64,000 nt of DNA, from positions 12,090,001 to 12,154,000 of the forward strand of contig NC_043001.1 in NCBI RefSeq assembly GCF_006345805.1, written 5' to 3'. A program made the position numbers and the translations under genes. This DNA is from Octopus sinensis (Eukaryota). The notes under the pieces were generated by a model. It was not told where the DNA came from. It saw only the letters and a list, made by a program, of their open reading frames with translations, and ran no database searches. This document shows, one piece after another, positions 57,433 to 64,000 of the stretch (the first letter of the stretch is position 1; the number at the start of each line of letters is the position of its first letter).

Positions 57433-57487
57433 TGAGAGACACAAAAACAATATCAATATATACATATATATATATATCAAAAATTGA
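57320..57487. repeat. Short direct/inverted triplication around (TA)n
   Basis: GAGAGACACAAAAACAATAT occurs forward, reverse, forward. Confidence 0.85.
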
Positions 57488-58585
57488 TGATAAAATCTGT
57501 CAGAGTTTATTAGGTAGTTAGCATGCAATCAACCGGTTAATTTTACATTAACGAGATTGATTGTTTAAATTGATATATATATATATATATATAATATGTG
57601 TGCATATTTGTATATGTGTGCGTGTGTTGGTGCCTATATATATATATTATAAACATCATTTGCACCAGGCAAAATGAATCTGACATCTAGAAAAGCAACC
57701 ATCTATAAGAACATCGATATTTAAAGAATACTACAGAGCAAACGTTAAATTGGTCGGGGTAGTCAGCGGACAAAGATGTTAAAATGTCAGATACGTCGAT
57801 AAAATGTCAGTTTTCTACATTTATGCACGTAAATACTCAGAATTTTTGGTTGCTGGCGCATAAAAGTTCCATTATGAACTTATTTGAAGTTCAAATTTAG
57901 TAAAAACCTATCTAGCAATTTGCACCACCGAAACATATCGAAAATAATCAGATTTGCGTAATCTTTCTAAGCTAATTTTTTTCGTCTAATTTCCGGATGA
58001 TACTATATTTGCTTGTAGCTAATATATTATATAAACGTTAATATACAGATATGTATGTATTAATAGCAAAACTAAAATATATATATATACTTTTAAAAAT
58101 TATATGCAACACTATGTTTTGATATCTTTGAAGGCAAAACAGAATTAATTGCATAAATTAGATGTAAACGTCAAATGGAAAATTCAATACGTGCATTAAG
58201 GCAACGTAACAGTATTAAGATAATAAGATACACAGGTTTTGATTCCGAAAAATAAAACAGAATATTAACGTATTTGTGCTACTAAATATGGAAAATAAGT
58301 TGAAACTTATTGATTATACCCAGTAAGAAATAGACGATCGAATACAGCAGCAGCAGCAGCGGCAGCGACAGCAACTGCGACAAGTAACCACTTCGTAGAG
58401 TTCAGTTTTGTAAATTTACCAAAGGAGAAAAAAAATCTATAACAAATATCCCCAAATTTGAATAAACATTCTCATTAGCAAACGCATTAAAGGGTAAAAA
58501 AAGGATTTTCTGGAATCTAATTTTATTTTCTTGTCTTCATTGACAGGTGTTTATACAACCACTAACTACCTTTATTATCTTGTAC

Positions 58586-58621
<36 letters not shown>

Positions 58622-58624
<3 letters not shown>

Positions 58625-58943
58625 ACTCCGCCGGTTACGACGACGAGGGTCCCAGCTGATACGATCAACGGAACAGCTTGCTCGTGAAATTAACGTGTAA
58701 ATGGCTGAGCATTCCACAGACACGTGTACCCTTAACGTAGTTCTCGGGGATAATCAGCGTGACACAGAGAGTGACAAGGCTGACCCTTTGAAATACAAGT
58801 ACAACTCATTTTTGCCAGCTGAGTGGACTGGAGCAACGTGAACTAAAGTGTCTTGCTCAAGGACACAACGCGTCGCCGGGAATCGAACTCACAACCTTAC
58901 GATCATAAGCCGAATGCCCTAACCACTAAGCCACGCGCCCTCA
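58622..58943 (-). mobile_element. tRNA-derived SINE family D (shares 3' tail with C), inserted in (TA)n
   Basis: Head GGCGCGTGGCTTAGTGGTTAGGG..GTTCGATTCC. Confidence 0.9.
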
Positions 58944-59067
58944 CTATATATATATATATATATACAATCTACAAATGTATTACATAATGTAAATTTCTTT
59001 TCCGGCGTGTACATACACAAATCATATGAATCAGAATTATGCTTTTAGCAAGTTTTACATCAGTTAA

Positions 59068-59445
59068 GTGGAGGCGCAACGCACAGTCGTTCGATCAGCT
59101 GCCTCACGGTCGTAAGATCGCGGTTTCGAATCCCAGCCCGGCCGTTGTGAGTGTTTATTGAGCAAAAACACCTAAAGCTCTACGCGACTTCGGCAGTGAG
59201 TGGTGGCGAACTCTGCTGTACTTTTTTCACCACAGCTTTCTCTCACTTTTTCTTCCTGTTTCTGTTGTACCTGTATTTCAAAGGGCCAGCCTTGTCACAC
59301 TCTGTGTCACGCTGAATCTCCACGAGAACTAAGTTATGGCTACACATGTCTGTTGAGTGCTCAGCCACTTGCACGTTAATTTCACGAGCAGGCTGTTCTG
59401 TTAATCGCATCTACTGGAACCCTCGTCGTCGTAACCGACGGAGTC
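59068..59445 (+). mobile_element. SINE family C
   Basis: Diverged full-length copy. Confidence 0.88.
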
Positions 59446-59520
59446 CGTCGACATCAGTCAAGTTTATTTGAAAAGTCTGTCTGAAAATTTCGTTTTTATT
59501 ATTGATATGCTTGCAGCAAT

Positions 59521-59875
59521 TTATTGTGGCACTCTGTTGGTTACGACGATGAATGTTCCAGGTGATGTAATCAACGGAACAGCCTGCTCCTGAAATTAAT
59601 ATGTAAATATCTGAGCAATCCACAGACACGTGTACCCTTAACGTAGTTCTCGAGGAAATTCAGCGTGACACAGATTTGGACAAGATACAGGTATAATAGA
59701 AACGGGAATAAAGACTTCTAGAATGTTGTGGTGAAAGAGTACAGCATGGTTCGCCACATACCCCTGCCGGAGCCTTGTGTAGCTTTAAGTGTTTTCTCTC
59801 AATAAACACGCAAAACGCCCGGTCTGGGAATCGAAACCGCGAGTCCACTGCCCCAACCACTGGGCCAGTGCACCA
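59521..59875 (-). mobile_element. SINE family C
   Basis: Diverged, tail-to-tail with the previous copy. Confidence 0.85.
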
Positions 59876-61163
59876 CCACACGTCAATTTCACAAACATAG
59901 CATTGGATGCTAAACATTGGATGCTAAATTCAGAATCACACTAACTGCGACAGTGCATTCCAATGTATGGAGTTAAACATTTAAAATGTGGAAAGAAGTT
60001 TTCTTCCCAACCAAGTGTTTCCGGATTCAGTCCCACTGCTGGCACCTTGAGAACGTGTGTATTTTTAAAGCTCGGGTTGGCTGAACCCTTGTATCCATTC
60101 CACATATGAATAAAAATATAACTTGCGGATTATATGATATTTAAACTGATGAATATATAGAAGAATATAATTGCCAGATATTCTGTCATTTATGCTCATA
60201 GACCAACCTCATTCCAATTCTACAAAACTATTGCTTCATATGTCTACGCAATATGGCACAAAGCATGACAGAAAAGACAAGAAACAGAATGTAGAGAGAA
60301 AAAAAGCTTATAACATTAGAGAAACAGCACCAGTCAAAGCAAACGTATTTACTCGTTCGCAGACGACGCTCGCTAATTAAATAAACACTATGCGACCATA
60401 CTTTTGAATGTAAACATGTTTAACCGCAGGGCATATTTACATAGCGGCGGGAAACGTATGTTTATTACACGACTATATTGAATTTTACTTACAACGAATC
60501 CACCTATATCCGCTATTTATTTTATTTACATATGAAAAGACGTGACGGTTGTGTCAATAACAGATTTGAAAATGATAGTCAAGATGATGATGTAGATAAA
60601 ATTGTAGTACTGATATAGATAATGGTGGTGAGCTCGGTGGTGTTGGTGGTAATGAGGTTGTTGATGAACTTTGAGAGAAGAAGAAAGACATTTAACAACA
60701 GTTCTGAATGATATGACTGACAATGGCGTTGTAGAGTTGGACAATATTGAGATCAGTTGTTGGTATATACTCACTGATTGCAAACCGACAATGTCACATA
60801 TTCAGGTAGGAAGTGGGGACCAGTAATTCATTCATATGACATAGGTTGCTTCTTTAATCAATATTGGAACCATCTTAGGCAAATTTGTCTTCGACAAAAT
60901 TTCACGATAATTGTAACAAGGGGAATAGACCAGGCATGAAATAATTTAGCTGTTACTTGTTTCACACATAGACTATGGCCATGTCGGAGCATTTCTTTAA
61001 AGCATTTCGTCGAACAAATCGCCCCCAAGAGATGCTATTGAATTAGTCTTGGACAGGACCAATTCATACATACGTACGTACATACATACCGTACTAAGTT
61101 ATGTACCTATCTATCAATCTATCTATCTATTTATATATCTATCTCTTTCTCTCTCCCAGTATA

Positions 61164-61213
<50 letters not shown>

Positions 61214-61384
61214 AGATAAGAAAATGGAGAAATACATCTAAATCAAATATCAACTACCAGATAATACTCAATCACATGTATTAACTTTGTTGAGTACTTC
61301 ACTAGCAGTATATTGGATATATGTTATCCCATAGAGGGTTGCATTTACAACCCCTATCTCAATTTATATATATATATACGTAGA

Positions 61385-61650
61385 TGTGAAGGCGCATGTG
61401 TCATTGGTTAGAGCGTTGAGATTACGATCGTGAGGTTGTGAGTTCGGTTCCCGGACCGGGCTGCGTGTTGTGTTCTTGAACAAGACACTTTATTTCACAT
61501 TGCTCCAGTTGACTCAGCTGTAGAAATGAATTGCGCCATCTATGGTGCCAAACTGTATTGGCCCCTTTGCCTTTCCCTTGGATAACATTGGTGGTGCGGT
61601 GAAGGGAGGCTGGTATGCATGGAAGACTGATGGTCTTCCACAAACAACCT
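61385..61650 (+). mobile_element. SINE with family D-like head and a different tail
   Basis: GGCGCATG..GGTTAGAGC..GTTCGGTTCC..CAAGACACTTTATTTCAC. Confidence 0.75.
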
Positions 61651-61850
61651 ATAATGCACTATAGCAACACCAATGCGTTCTGAATAAATTCCTAGGAATA
61701 TCTGAGGAAGGAATGTTTATATTCCGAAATATTATATCAAACTATTGGTGATCAAATTGCATCAATTATAGTCCATTGTTGTTATTATAGTGCATTGATG
61801 TTCTATTCTAAACACAATATTGTGCTATTGTGTGTGTATATGTATATGTA

Positions 61851-61930
<80 letters not shown>

Positions 61931-62223
61931 ATATCCACTGTTAACTTCATTATATTTTTTTACTGCATGCTACATGTATTTTATTGTATTTTAGTACTGT
62001 ATCTGTGAAAATTGTTATCTTTTGAAAATACTAACAAATTTTGAAATAGTAGAAACGAATGTCGTTAACTGATTAATCGATTAATTAGTTCAGTTATGTA
62101 TTCTTTAATAGAATTCTATTATAACGTATGCAGAGAATTCTATTAGATAATCACACGTTGGATGGTGTTAAAGTAACAGCCTTGACCGAAGCGATCCCAA
62201 ATAATATATAGCCATACACATAC

Positions 62224-62272
<49 letters not shown>

Positions 62273-62275
<3 letters not shown>

Positions 62276-62800
62276 AAAAATAAAAACGGAAAATACGCAT
62301 ACTTACATGGTTATGGTATAATTTTTAATGTATCGACCGGTTTCGCAATCGCTATTCATGATACAATGTTTAATTTATATGAAAATATATTTTTTCTTAA
62401 GAAGAAAATGGGTCCATGTTGTTTATAATGAGATTCACGAGTGAATGATTTTACAAGTTGACAAGTAAAGGGAGGTAATTGGTTGTTATCATTGTTATTG
62501 TTGTGTGTAGGGGAGATAACTGTTTAGGTTTTGGGTGGGGAAAAATATGTGTACAGAAAAGAGACAGGTTTAAAAAAAAGGGGGTCTTGTTTAGTAGGGG
62601 ATTTATGTACAGTGATGTAATATGTAAAACTATAAAAATTGGTTATGCGTGCTTATTAAGACGCGTTTTGTATTTTTCAATGAAAAAGTTTCTTTATTTA
62701 AGCGTTCTAGTTGAGAGATTCTGTCTTTGCACTGGTAGAAAGGGAAAACTGTAAAATTTGGTTTGATGTTACCTGCACATTTTTCTATGTGTTCACTAGC
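62273..62800 (-). mobile_element. PLE 3' fragment: GIY-YIG C-terminus (62643-62800) + 3' region with degenerate HHR (62329-62365), ending at (TA)n
   Basis: ASEHIEKCAGNIKPNFTVFPFYQC..RLNKE(fs)FIEKYKTRLN; TGTATC-ATGAATA-GC gatt GC-GAAACCGGTC-GATACA. Confidence 0.8.
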
Positions 62801-62831
62801 AAAATGTGTAGTAGTAGTAGTAGTAGTAGTA

Positions 62832-62880
<49 letters not shown>

Positions 62881-63297
62881 CGTGGTGGTAGCTTTGTGGT
62901 TAATGATGTTGGCGTCGGCGGTAACGACGTTGGTAACACGGTGTGACACCGTTTTCGGCACATAGTGTCATTTTCGCGCTAGAATATTTTATGGCTATAG
63001 TATTTGTGGTTGGAAATGGTTGTAAGTTGATGATTATATTCGGCCGGTTGCGTTGGTGACGAGACTGATTTATGAGGTGGAGACATTATTCACTGCGTTG
63101 GTGTGAAGCAATATTATTGACGCAGAATATATTAGCCGAGTTATTTACTTTTCCTTCCGCCTTCGTGCAAAATCCACTTCGACAAGCTGTCTCTCTTTGT
63201 TTCCGGAGTATTTGCGGGTAAGACAACGAATGTACTGATCACAGACTTTTAATCCGGTATCATCCTACTTACCATTGGCATTGTGGAAGCAGTCTTC

Positions 63298-64000
<703 letters not shown>

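Overview
AT-rich eukaryotic, repeat-dominated window. The tRNA-derived SINE families and the (TA)n/(TATC)n load suggest a cephalopod (Octopus-like) genome, which is an inference. No intact host gene is recognisable; only a few candidate minus-strand exons. The window holds degenerate APE-RT LINEs (one near full-length), RTE and mariner relics, about 25 SINE copies and many microsatellites. The most striking signal is a Penelope-like element (PLE) / hammerhead ribozyme (HHR) system. It comprises three different GIY-YIG C-terminal fragments and roughly 20 intact or degenerate type I hammerhead motifs from several unrelated families, including non-canonical cores. It also includes a 3.3-kb array of six ~542-bp HHR-bearing monomers (3 reverse, then 3 forward) and a recurring head-to-head palindromic insertion architecture, often with 3' ends fused to (TA)n. 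All motifs and coordinates were read by eye; none was computed.
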